Shown here in pieces: positions 50,466 to 63,009 of a stretch of 64,000 bases of DNA. Source of the stretch: Takakia lepidozioides (taxonomy: Eukaryota > Plantae > Bryophyta); assembly GCA_030704615.1 (NCBI GenBank), contig CM060731.1, positions 49,042,001 to 49,106,000 on the forward strand. The letters are read 5' to 3'. Under the pieces are notes generated by a model. It had not been told where the DNA came from, made no database searches, and was given only the letters and a program-made list of their open reading frames with translations. Made by a program: the position numbers and the translations under genes. Each line of letters opens with the position of its first letter. Positions within the stretch are counted from its first letter, which is position 1.

Positions 50466-53400
50466 CTAGACTGTCCTGCTCCTCTCCACCCCCTCAGTGC
50501 CTCTCTCATCTCCAGCGGACTGCTCGTTGGCCAGGCTTTCGAAAATCCCATCTTCCCCTTGCGGAACTGTCCATCTCACCTCCGTTGGGTCGTCTTCCTC
50601 CCTGTCTGCGTCGCTCTCATCCGCTGAATCACATATGTACTTTCGTACCCGTCTACCTGTCTGAGCTGCTGCCAACTCTTTCCTTATCCTTCTGTCCTCC
50701 CTAGCCCTCTCCAAAATCTGCTCTACTTTACTGGGATTCTCACTTCTTCTAATCGCTGTATTTGCGAGTTTAGCTGCATAACTAGGAAGGAGTAGTCCCT
50801 CACCGGGCTCGTCATGAAGTCGGCCCTCGCAAAGAACGGGACATTCTTCCTGGCAGGAAGTGTAGGCCCTACATGTTTCGACCCGGACCCTGCAATCCTG
50901 CACATGACAATCATCAACGAGACTAATGAGAACCACAGTCGGGAAATTCGTTTGACATAAATGACCCAGAAGGCTTTGCAAACTTACAATGTTTGCACTC
51001 ACTCGTATTCCGGGTTCTCCTCCGCATCAATGTCCACTGTGTCTTCCTCGGACTCCGACGAATCCGAGGAGACTTCCGCTCTGTCGGGAGCCTTCACATT
51101 CCGTTGCAGCCCCTCCAGATGGGATCCCCACACGGATGAATCCTCCTCGTAGGCAAAGAGGTGCCGGTCGGAAAACCGCCCAGCCCACATTGAGGCACCT
51201 GTTACAATGCCATCCACACATTACCACATGGCGCTTCAGATGTTGCGAACTACATCCTAACGAGAATTTGCAGAACAGCAGAGATCAAGATTCTGCATAC
51301 CTGTCCCACAGATGAGGTCGAGCACTGTGCCCTCCACGTCTGTGCATGTCTCCATAATTGTCTGAATGAAGGCAGGGCTCCGAGTCCGTGAGTACCGCAG
51401 GGGTTCCGTTGAAGTGAGGCTATGAGGGAGAAGTTCCTTGGGAACGTTGTTGAACAGAACGTCGTAATCGAGTGGGTCGCAGTTCGGGTCAACCTTTCCT
51501 CCCTCCTTCCGGAAAGCAAAGGTGGAGTTCTCCTTCACAAAGCAGTATGCATCGAACTGCTTCGTCTGCATACACAGGGGAAAACGATTAGAAACCGAAT
51601 GCGGCACCGCATTTGAAAACACCCAAGCAAATGAATGGACGAGTGCCAGTGTCGTAATCACCTTCTTCCCTTCCGACCGAAGGCCCAGTGTGTTGATGCA
51701 CGTCCACTTCTTTTTCAGAATCGGGACGGCGCTCTTGCGGGTCCACTTCGCAATTCCTGTCTGAGTGTTTTTCCTCTGCTCGCCAGGACAACCACACAGC
51801 CTCTGTCGTCCAACACCATGCGGGCAAGCCCGAATCCTTTCTTCCAAAAGTCCTCCGAGTACCTGTTCCAAGATGGCAAAGCTTGCAGTCCTTCCACAGG
51901 CTCTCCGTCCGGAATATCCAAGATGATCATATCGCAAGACCACTCGGTGGCATTTCCGCCCCTCCTACAATCCTTGTCTGCACACACCCTCTCAAAGAAC
52001 GAGACCATATTCTGAAATCCTGGGGTGTCGGAAGGCTCTTCGGCAGTCGCCTTCTTCAGTGCTCTGCCCTTCAGACCCTCCATGGTCTTCAGGTATGCCA
52101 ACTTGGCTGCCCGTCCATCCAAAGCCGCCAAGAAACTCTCATTTACACACTGGACTACAGTTTCGGGAGCCACTTTCGGCCTCTTCATTTCCACCGGCTC
52201 GAAAGGGTGCCCCCCTGGGGGGTTGAAGAGTGCCTTCTTTGCCGAGCCAGTTCTCGTGCCTCTCGTGACAACGGTGGGCACAGGGGAGGCAGCCTGCGTT
52301 TGGGGGGTGGGCTGGTGGTTGCAAAGTCTCCATCGGAGTCCTCTTCCTCACCCTCTTCCTGAACAGGCTGTTTCTGCTTCTTCGTTTTGGCGGGTGTCAC
52401 AACAGCTGCTCCTTGCTGGCGAGTCCTCTTCTTCGACCCCTTCTGTTGGGCCTGCACAGCTGCATCCACCGTCTTTTGTGCCATCTCAGCTGCCTTTCTG
52501 GATTCTTCCAGAGCAGCAGATTCCTTTGCCGACTTTGGCCCAGCAGGGACACGTCTTTCTTTCTCTTCTCTTCTGCCAAGGCGTGCAGATCTTTCTCAGA
52601 CTCGTCAACAATACCGCCAGACATGTCCAGGTACCACGGGCATCCAACGAGATGCGCGGGATGCCATTGTTTTCGCATCTCTCGGGTGTGTAGACACAGC
52701 TTGGGCCCGCCACGGTCCAAGCCATGAAGAACGGGGCTCTTGAGCCAGGGCCCCTGTCTGAAGGAGCACGTATTTCATATACCTGCAAGGCAGTCAGCAT
52801 GCGTGAGCAAAAGTTGAGACCAACCTACTGGCAGAGTGCCACCGAAAACATAAAATGCGAATGCGGTGCCGCATTTCCGAGACAAACCTCGTAACCAGGC
52901 TTCGCATACAAGGGCAGCTGTGCTTCACCTGTAAACAATTCGCATTGCAGCTTTCCCCGCCCCTCCTGATGATGTATAAACTCCACGCTCCTTCTTGCTG
53001 TCTGTAGCTCTCTGGCGAAAGGTTGTCCTTGTACGCACATCTGAAACGTGTCACGTAGTCTTCCAATGTCTGTGTTCCATCCCATTTGACGTACAAGCCG
53101 AACGAATTTGTGTGCATTACGACTTGCTCCTTCGCATTCGACATTACCTGCGATTCCCAAATGCATTGTCACGTAGCAGTTCAGGGAATTCATGTCAGAA
53201 AGCAAATCTGGGGAAGTACCTTGAATTACCTGGAACCACCAAGTCATGCGGTTGAGCCACACATCCACTGCAGGGTCGGAAACTTCCAGTGGAAAACCAC
53301 ATTGTCCTTATGCTCTCGGATGCATTCCAGATCGACAGCCACCGTGTCTGCCATTTCCGATCCAATGTCAGGAGCTGGAAGAGAGTGGCTATTGCTAGGA

Positions 53401-55369
53401 AGGAACTTCAGTGCATTGAAACCTCACCTTCTCTTTCGCCTCCACACATGCCGTTGAGAGGTGATGCAGTTTCTCCAATTGCATGGTCGGCTGCATGGCC
53501 CGAGAATAGTGTTTTGCAATCTCGGGGATGAAGTCCTTTCCAAGTGCCGGATCTGCAATTGCCACCAGCTTCACAAGCTTTGACTTGTATTTGGTTCTGG
53601 ACTTGACACCGGCTTCCTTCAAGTGCTCAGTCAATGACTGCAACGTTTTGACCTGCCCCTCACTTTCCATGAAGAAGCGTTTGGCATGGGCCAAATCCAG
53701 CTTGATGTTTGACTGCCAACAAAACATGCAGAAGCGTTACATTCGATTCATGTGGAAACATTACTGAAAATTGGGGAAGGATGAGCAGAGGGAAATTGGA
53801 GGACGACTTACTTCGTATATCACCTCCACCATTCCATCCATAGTGAGACGATACCATGTCCGGTCTGTTTTTGCAACGGCTTTCTGAATGAGCTCGGGCT
53901 CCAGCATTTCCGCAAACATCTGCGGATCAGTGAGACCAGTTTTCCTCACCCTGTACAGCATATGTGCCATGTGGGTATGCACGTACGCATTCTCAGTGAC
54001 CCTGCAAGGCACACTCTCCAGTTCAGTACACGGAAGCACGGAAACAAACCAGAATGGAAACCGAAATGCGGCACCCGCATTTCGAACGTGCTAGGGAGGG
54101 TATGAGTATCTTACGAGTTGAGGTCCGCCATGGCATTCTTGAGCAGGGAGGAGTCTGCCGCCTTCACCTTGAGGATGACACACTCCACCATGTAATGCCA
54201 GCCAATGTGCTTGGCATGGTTCTGCTTGATGTACTCCCACCAGGCGAGAAGTCGGTGATTCCCGTCCCACACAAAGAACATTTTACCCGACATATGGCCG
54301 AAGTCGGATCACCCTTCAGCGTCGCCTCGAATTCGTGGTTGCGAGTGTGCCAGTGGGTATCCCACGTTGACAATTCATCGGCAGTGGGTCCACGAGTTTC
54401 GCCGTCCTCATTCTCAATGGAAACGTAAAACGCTGCCGATCCCAGACGGTACCCTTCTCGAAATGCGAACTTGAGCTTATCCACATCTCCGGGAAGGGCC
54501 TGCCTGACGATGGGAAGGGAGACCATGCGACAGAGTGGGATTCGAAGAGTCCGCTGGAATACCCTGCTGCCCAGAACTCTGCCAATGCTACTGTGTGTCT
54601 CCTCCAACATTTTATCCGCTGCACTTTTGAAATCCTCCGGAGACATGTCTGTAGGTGCCGGTAGTGGCTGAGCAGCTGGAGCATCCTCAACTGGAGCTGC
54701 ACTCTGGGGCCTGTCTGCGGGCAATTCTGCCATTGCAGAGGCCTCCTCCGGGGCCTGCTTGCTCATCGGTGGTGAGGTCTTGCTGCGAACGTTGAGCGGC
54801 AGCACCCTCCTCCGGTACCAAATCGAGATCAACGGTCGATCCCATTGCCTTCGCTGCAGCAGAGTCGGCCCCACATCTGCAGGCGGGAAATCCTCCAGGA
54901 ACTGAGCTTCAGCTCGTGGAAGCGGTTTTGCGGGAGATTGTTCGCCCGTCGCCCTGATTGCCTTCTGCTTCCTCATCCTTGCAGGTGAAGGTGTCTGCTG
55001 CAATTGAATCTGTCTTCTACCCTGCTGCTTCATTCGCGTTGGGGGGGGTGAATCGGCCTGAGCCGGTTCAGAAGCCAGTAGAGGGACGGGCTGCTTCTTC
55101 TTCGACTTTGCTGGAGAAGGGCCCGACCCCTGCTGGCGATTCTCCATGACCGAAGAACGCGAGTCGATCTCTGGGACTTTGAACTTGCCCTTCGAAGACG
55201 CGTCTTTGAATCGCAGAGGGCTAGGCCCGGCAGGAATACCCGCGCTCGGGGATCGGGTGGGTGTACGTGCTGCAGCTAGCTCCTCGGACTCTTCCTGCGG
55301 CTCTTCGGATTCCTGCGATCCCTCCAGCACGTCCACCTTTCCTGTTAGGCATGCAAACATGTTCTGCAT
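50466..55369 (-). pseudogene. Element C multi-exon ParB/Srx-like + beta-class methyltransferase-like gene
   Basis: LRIPLCRM..FFVWDGNHRLLAW (54111-54560), middle exons, WHPAHLVGCPWYLD, CDMIILDIPDG (~51920), RSPAFIQTIMETCT..VLDLICGTG, GASMWAGRFSDRHLFAYEED, C-terminal exon; several 1-bp frameshifts; true start not determined. Confidence 0.82.
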
Positions 55370-55979
55370 TCAAGTCTCCTAGCATTCAGTCTAAGAATTA
55401 CAGAAGCAAAATGGGGGGTTCGGTGCTCGATCAGCTGCGCGCAGCCCGATCGCATGGAGCTCTCACTGGTGGCTGGGTTGCCTGAGTGGCCTGCTGCTCG
55501 GAGATGGCAATCTCCTCCTGTAGACGCATCTGCTTCCTCCCCTTCGGCATTGGCCTACGTCCGAAGTATAATTTCCGGAGCTTGCGACGAGGTCTCCTGT
55601 CTGGTGCACGAACTCCCCCCTCTCAGGTTCGAGCATAAGAAGAACAGAGAGAGGGAAAGGGCCAAAGAGTGCAGATGGAAAGGGCGCGAGAGGGGTGACT
55701 GAGGAGACACGACAAAAGTAGATGAAACGGCGGTGATGCACCACTTGGGTTCGAAAGGGTTGGACGAAAGTGTCTCCTCGTGGAGTTTGCGTCATTACGA
55801 AATTCGAATCGTTGAGGGTACGCCTGCCGTCCGAAAAAACAAACATCATTATCCAACGGTCAGGCCGCGCCGCCTCATGCCCCTTCAGTCAGATAGAGTG
55901 CCGACATGTGCAGCAATTCCGTTGCTCCACGTGTTCACATTTCAAGGTATTTCCGTCCCAGCGTCTGATGAGTTGGAGC

Positions 55980-57700
55980 GAAAATGCGAATGCGGCGCCG
56001 CATTTCCGTTAAGTACCATCACGAAGCTACACATCCGTACTTGTTGGAAGAAAATGCGGCACCGCATTTCCGTTCCACCTTCACATACCTTAGTTGTTGA
56101 ACGGAAATACGGTGCCGCATTTCCGTCCCACAGCTCCAAGTATGAGATTCAAAAGGAAATGCGGCGCCGCATTTCCGTTCTGGAATGTCGAAAGGTGCGA
56201 TTGGGACGGGAATGAGGCACAACATTTCAGTTCCCGTGGTTCATGATTTTCAATGTGAACGGAAATGCGGTACCCGCATTTCCGTTCCACTTCACATACG
56301 TTAGATGATGAATGGAAATGCCGTGCCACATTTCCGTTCGGGAAAGTATAGAGGTCTCACCTGGACAGAAATGCGGTGCCGCATTTCCGGTCCGGAAAGT
56401 TTGAAGGTCTCACATGGATGGAAATGCGGCAACACATTTTCGTAGCACAGCTCCAGGCCCAATATACAAACGGAAATGCGGCGCCGCATTTCCGTTCTAG
56501 AATGTCGGAAGGTGCGACTCGAACGGAAATGCGGTGCCGGATTTCTGTTCCCGTTGCGCACGATTTTCAGTCAGAATGGAAATGCGGTACCGCATTTCCG
56601 TTCTGTAGAGTATTAACGTCTGACGCTGGCGGAAATGCCGTGCCGCATTTTCGTTCCACAGCTCCATGCCTCACATACAAAACGGAAATGCGGCGCCGCA
56701 TTTCCGTTTTGGAATGTCGGAAGGTGCGACTCCGACGGAAATGCGGTACCGCATTTCAGTTCCGAGGTTTCAGTTGATTTCATATTTCAGAAACGGAAAT
56801 GCGGTGCCGCATTTCCCTTTTGAATCTAATACATTCCGTTCTGGAATGTTGGGAGGTGCGACTCGGATGGAAATGCGCTGCCGCTTTCAGTTCGCGTTCA
56901 CTCACATTTTCAGTCAGAACGGAAATGCGGTACCGCATTTCCGTTCTGGAATGTTGGTAGGTGCGACTCGGATGGAAATACGGTGCCGCATTTTAGTTCA
57001 GATGGTTCACGATTTTCAGTCAGAACGGAAATGCGTTGCCGCATTTCCGTTCTGGATAGTATGAATGTCTCAAGCGGTCGGAATTGCGCTGTATGAAGCT
57101 GTCGGAATCGCACTCGGCTCCATGCATCAGATACAAAATGGAAATGCGGCGCCGCATTTCCGTTCTGGAATGTCGAAAAGTGCGACTCGGACGGAAATGC
57201 GGTGCCGCATTTCTGTTCCCGTTGTTCATAAATCTCAATCAGAACGGAAATGCGGTACCGCATTTCCGTTCCACCTTCACATACCGTGCTTGTTGAATGA
57301 AAATGCGGTACCGCATTTCCGTTCTGGAGAGTATGAATGTCTTTTAAGGACGGAAATGTGCTGCAGCATTTCTATCCCTCAGCTCCATGCATCAGATACA
57401 AAATGGAAATGCGGCGCCGCATTTCCGTTCTGAAATGTCGGAAAAGTGCGACTCGGACGGAAATGCGGTGCCGCATTTCTGTTCCCGTTGTTCATAAATC
57501 TCAATCAGAACGGAAATGCGGTACCGCATTTCCGTTCCACCTTCACATACCGTGCTTGCTGGATGGAAATGCGTTACCGCATTTCCGTTCTGGAGAGTAT
57601 AAAGGTTTCCCCCGGACGGAAACTCGGTGCCGCATTTCCGTCGCTCTGGTGCATGACCAAGATGCAATACGGAAATGCGGCGCCGTATTTCCGTCCACCA
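55980..57700. repeat. Element C intergenic palindrome array CGGAAATGCGGYRCCGCATTTCCG (~30 copies)
   Basis: Direct reading; higher-order duplication of ~57120-57330 at ~57385-57600. Confidence 0.95.
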
Positions 57701-58121
57701 GCAATCGAAAGAATCACTCGGGACGGGAAATCTGGAACCTCAATGGGTTGCATTGTTCCGAAACAACACAATTGCGGCCAGTCTTGATGAGCACAACTTG
57801 GTTGTCTGACCGTTTTAACCAGCAGTCCTGGCACTTGTCAGTGCGAACGTTCCTGTCTGCACCGAGAATACTGCTGGATCCACCCTCAGGAGAAACTGTC
57901 AGGAGATGTTATTTCGTCGCCGAATCGGCCATCATTGTCATACTCACTGGCTATGGAATCAAACCTCCCACCTTCATGCATGTAGCTTGAAACAATACTT
58001 TCCACTTCAATGTGCGACTTCCAATCGTCGATGGACTCCGCAGATCCACTTAGATGGTGCCTGTGAGCCTTGGTCTGTCGCTATACTGAACCTCGCACTT
58101 GCCAACTCCGTGCGGTGTTCG

Positions 58122-61100
58122 ATGGCTCCGAATTCCTACGCTATAGTTTGCTGTCCTCCGCAACTTGGGAGAGCCTGGATCCCAAACGAGGGAGGACTTT
58201 GCAGAGTGACTGAAACTTACCTTTGTTCCAAATTCAAGCTCAAACCGGGCACAGTTTATTTGGAAGAAGAAAGGAAGGATGTTCCTGGACAGGTTGACGA
58301 GACCATTGTCGTGCTAGGTAACGACGGAGGTTGCGGAATCGAATGGCACGTCCCCCCCCGTCAGACACCATCCTGTACCGAGCTGTGGGAATGCCCATTC
58401 CCTTTCCGAATCAGTCGCTGCCCACACCATCCACAAAGGAGTCCGGAAACCGAGAGGCGGCCACTGCCAACAGAGAGGTATGCAACGATAATCATTCCCG
58501 ACCTGGACCGTCAAGACCCTCCATAGCTTCTCGTGTGGACGTATTCGACATTTCCGACGAGGAAGATGATTGCATTGAGGTACCCATGTCCTCCACACGG
58601 TCGTTCAAATCCGGCATGGACGTCTCTGTAGGTGCTACGCATGTGCCCTCGAGCATAACTCCAACCCGGTCCATTGTGCAGCTCCTACGACAACATCACC
58701 TCGATGGTTCTCGCTCCGAGCTGGCTGCTCTCGACTATGCCAAATTCCCAGTCAGAAAGGTAACGTTTCTGCCTCCCGAAGTCGATGGCAATGTCATCTT
58801 CGAGTTTCCACCTGTTTTCTTCGTCAAAGAAAGCCTCCGGGATGTTAACAGACATGGATCGAAAGCATGACGGACACCCCTGGTGTGTGACGAAGACCAG
58901 TAGCACGAAAATTGCTGATGGTGTTCGTGTACGATATGTCCTCTGTGCGGGGAAGCTGAGGTGCCTCAATCCCACCTGCTTCCACTTTCTCTCCAAAGGA
59001 GGGCGGAGAAACGAGACGGATTGGACTGGCACAACGCATCATCCATTCATTGTCTCCAGCCAAGCTCCTGCGGGTTCTTTCAAGTGTGCACATTGCAAAG
59101 AACCACCGACGTGCATGTCCATGTGCAGAGCCAAGCAATATTACGTAATCCATTTGCTCCCGGACTTGACTAGAGCTTGCATACACGTTGGGGTCCACTG
59201 CCACCCCTTGGCGAGAGGCAACATGCGTGAGGCTGTGCAGGAAGCACACGACATCATAAAAGAGGAGGTGAAATTGAGCCCCGGAGCCAGACCAAAGCAG
59301 ATTCAGCTGAAGGCAGCCCACAAGATTGCTCTTGGCAAAATCATGTCTGAAGATGGTTCCGACCGAGAGCCCTTGACCGAAGACGAGATGCGTGACCTCT
59401 TGGAGTCCGTCTCGCACGTTTGTAGTCCGAATGTGCGGAATCACATCGTATCTTGCAAGCAGGAGTTCGGCAGGGGGTCGGACATGTACTCAATCCTGGA
59501 GGTGAAACGAATGACTGGATATGACTACATCCAAGGTAGCAGGTTTCCAGGGCAAGGCAGCGAATCCGATCGTTGTTACATTTTCAAAATGTCGACGTGT
59601 GGGCCTGGGAGTGGAGTCGACTTGGTCACTCGCATGACAACTGGAAACTTGTCGAATGCTTGGGTGATGTTTGATCACATCAAGCGAATTACAAACCATC
59701 AGTGGGTGACTATGGGTGCGCATGTTTATGACTATCACTCCAAGAGGCTCATGACGATTGCAATCTGCGAGATGAAAGGGGAGGACACACAGTCCGAGAT
59801 GCATCTGTGGGAGGGCATAAACGAGCAGATGGCAAGGGCGGGATTGCCAGAGCCCCAATTTCAGGGGATTCATGGCAGACAACGCTCAGGCCAACTGGGC
59901 AGCGGTGCGGCGTGTGTACGGTGAGGACCCCAATGTTCCAATGGAGGGGAAAGAGAGATCCTGTGGATTCCATTGGATGCAGAGTCTATCCCACTACACT
60001 ACCAAATTTGTTGCTAGCTCATTCCAGGCTGAACACCGTGTCCTTTGTACGGCGTGGAAGGATGCACCCACATTTGATGACGCGGAGGTTAAGTTTGCTA
60101 TCATCGAGGCTTGGTGGAACACGTCAGGTGCAGTGGAGACAACCAATCTGGGAGCATTGCACAGCTGGTTGGGGTGGTGGCATTTTCGGTATCGACAGTT
60201 CGGACAGTACATGCGGGAGGTAGGCTGCTGTCAATTTCGTTCATTTGTCTTTCTGTTACGGACATTTCGATTGGTCCCTCACCATTGTTTGTGTCCTTCT
60301 AGGAGCGGTGCTTGGATTCCGACACGGACATGCCGAACACGAATATGGCAGAATCGGTCCACTCCTCCTGGCGAGCGTCTTCTGCTGCCGCACATCTGGT
60401 GGACGTAGTGACGGCCACAACGGAGGACATCGACAGAGCAATCATGCAGCAAGCCACGTACTACAAGTTCCTGAGCGGCAAACAATGGGGCTTTGGGCCG
60501 GACAGGGAGGAATTGTTGGTACGAACAGCTTCGAGGTCCAAGAATCCAGAAATGGGCGACAGCATTGCGAGAGAAGATCAAAGGGACGCCTCTGCACCGC
60601 AGAGGTGAACACCTAGAGGGGGACGTCCGGACTCGCCCTGTCAGGCGGAGGATTGAAGAGGAACCCGGGTGCGAAGAGGATTCCTGGAGATCCGACAGGA
60701 ACATTCGGACAGCACCTCGAGGTCCCGTCATGTTGCCGCACAATGTGTCTTCCAGCAGTGGAAGCCCAAGAAATTCCAGATCGCCGTCGCCTTCAACCGG
60801 GGATTTCGTGCAAAAAATTCCCACCGCTCCCTTGCCCCACATTCCGCCCGCTGTTATGCAGTATGGCCAAGCCATTGTGGAGACGACTGTGTCTGCCTCA
60901 CAGTGGAGAATTGCTCGCACAAAGCCGTCGTTTCGAGGAAGGTGTTCCGCAATTCGTGTGGATACACGGCAACGTTGTTTAGAGATGATAAGGAGGAATC
61001 CAGATGGGGCTGTCCCTGCTCCTACTTTTACAGGAAGATTTGTCCATGCAAAGTTTGCGGAGGCGACAACCACCCAGTTCTGGTTCTGCAGGCACGACAT

Positions 61101-61734
61101 TATGACTTGCGTGTATGGAAAGCCCAAGTACGGCATACAAACAATGCCAGAGGCTCCCCCGGTGTGGCCGGTGGAACCAGGCTGCGATCTGAGTCAGGTT
61201 GAGGCCGACGCCCTTACCGCCGCAGGATTTCGGATGGTGCAGCGCACTGACGTCCCCAGACAACCATTTCCGCTTCCACAGCCTCCACCACCGACCCCTG
61301 TGAGAGCAAGAACAATGGGACACGACAGCTCTAAGCATCCTACACACCGTTGGGGGAAACCGAAGAGGCGGCGACCTCCCTCAAAAGTGAACGAGACAAG
61401 GATGGGGAATGCACTTCGGATGAACTGTACAATCCAGAGCTCGACAGAAGTGCCCCCACCAGGATTCGGGCGTGTGTATCAAATGGCCACGGCGGGCTCA
61501 GCTGTTCGCAATGAGGTGTACACCATCACCATTTCAGAATTACCCACCTGCAATTGCACCGACTTCCAGATCATGGCGAACAAGGGGGCATCATACTGCC
61601 CTTGCAAGCATTTGTACTACGTGTACCTAAAGAGACTCCGTTGTAATTCCACAACTCATCACTTCATACATGCACCAGGGTTGAGCCCCCAGGAGGTTCA
61701 CACTCTTCTGAATATGGATCCAGGGGACCAGTGA
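58122..61734 (+). pseudogene. Element C MULE-type transposase (WRKY/GCM-like DBD, DDE, SWIM)
   Basis: HDGHPWC, WVMFDH, MADN, CGFHW, NTNMAE, CNCTDF..CPCKHLYY; intron 60220-60302; about four 1-bp frameshifts and no obvious nonsense codon. Confidence 0.9.
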
Positions 61735-63009
61735 GCTTGGCTTGCGGTCCACATACAATGGTACGCCCATCCTTTTCGGATAGTAGAACTGTACTGCTGC
61801 CAGTACCTCAGACTCTGGCCACAGAAAGGTCCGACATATGTCTTGCCTACCAGTAACCTGTTTTGCTCGAACTAAGATATTACTATATCGTTCACTTGTT
61901 TCCACGTGCATGTATTTTTGTATGTTGGAGGGTTCATGTTTTTCTGCTTTCCGAAAACTTGCTTTCCTCATTCGACCTCCGACAAGGAAATGCGGCGCCA
62001 AATTTCCAAGTATCGTCGTAGGTACCCCCAGAGGCGGCCTTCGCCAACACCAAACCGCTCCGAAATTTCGCACGTGCGAACCCTAATGCGGCATCCTATT
62101 TCCCAGTTCAGTTGCAAACCTTTCCCGCCGAATACCCGAAGAAGACAGAATTGTGAAGTACTGCAGACTGTATTGGTGCAGACTCCATTGGTTCAATCGC
62201 GGCAAAAGGGTCAGCTTCATTCCAATGTTAAGGCATGTAAAACCGCGGAATACTCTATACAGGCCAGTATGCGACGTCCTTTTGCAGTGGTATACTGGAT
62301 TTCCCGTTGCACGGTCACTTATTTCCATGAGCGGATCTAAAAAACCATGAGCGGACTTGTTACTGACGACATATCTTCGCCGCATTACATGATCTGGAAC
62401 GTCCAAAAACGGCAAGGTCAAATAAAAAACTATTATTTTAATACTTGTTTAATCTGCCGCATTTCCAAATTTGGAGGAGTCCGCTCATGAAATCCGCGTA
62501 TCTTAGACTTCGGCTCACCGCTCATGCGGCTCATGGCTCATGGCTCATGGTTTCTGCTCATGAAATAGTAAACCTCCCCAAGTACTAGAGGCACGTGTCA
62601 CTCCCTCGGCAGTTCTAAGAGAAATGACGGAATGTGCAATGAAAAAAACGTGCATGCCAGATGAGCGCTTCCCAGGAGGTACTCAACATCGAATTCGTAG
62701 AATCCAACGGCCCAAAGTACCCCCCACCCAACCAATAGCATCCATCTCCACTTGGACTCAATGACAAGGAATGCAACATCCCATCGCCCACCAAGTCCTG
62801 GTGTGGAGAAAAGTGAGGGAGAGAATGGCCTCCAAGGCCTTATAAGCCCCCCCTCCACACTCGGGGCGGACGCTGTCATCATGACTGCGCACGCTAGTAA
62901 TAGCTGCGACCGCCAGCAGGGGTGGTCGCATCTTTTTTTCTTTTCTTTATTATGTGCGACCACCAGCAGGGGGGTGGTCGCATAATTTTTATTTTTTTTA
63001 ATAGGTGCG

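Larger units (their letters stand above)
47119..62576 (+). mobile_element. Element C: complete 15,458-bp MULE-like transposon
   Basis: Left TIR GGGGGCTGCTATTTCATGAGC (47119-47139), right TIR GCTCATGAAATAGTAAACCTC (62556-62576), 9-bp TSD CCCAAGTAC at 47110-47118 and 62577-62585. Confidence 0.95.

Noticed and set aside
62900-63009. Helitron 3' end (GC hairpins)
   Set aside because: No CTRR terminus after the hairpin and no Rep/helicase remnants.
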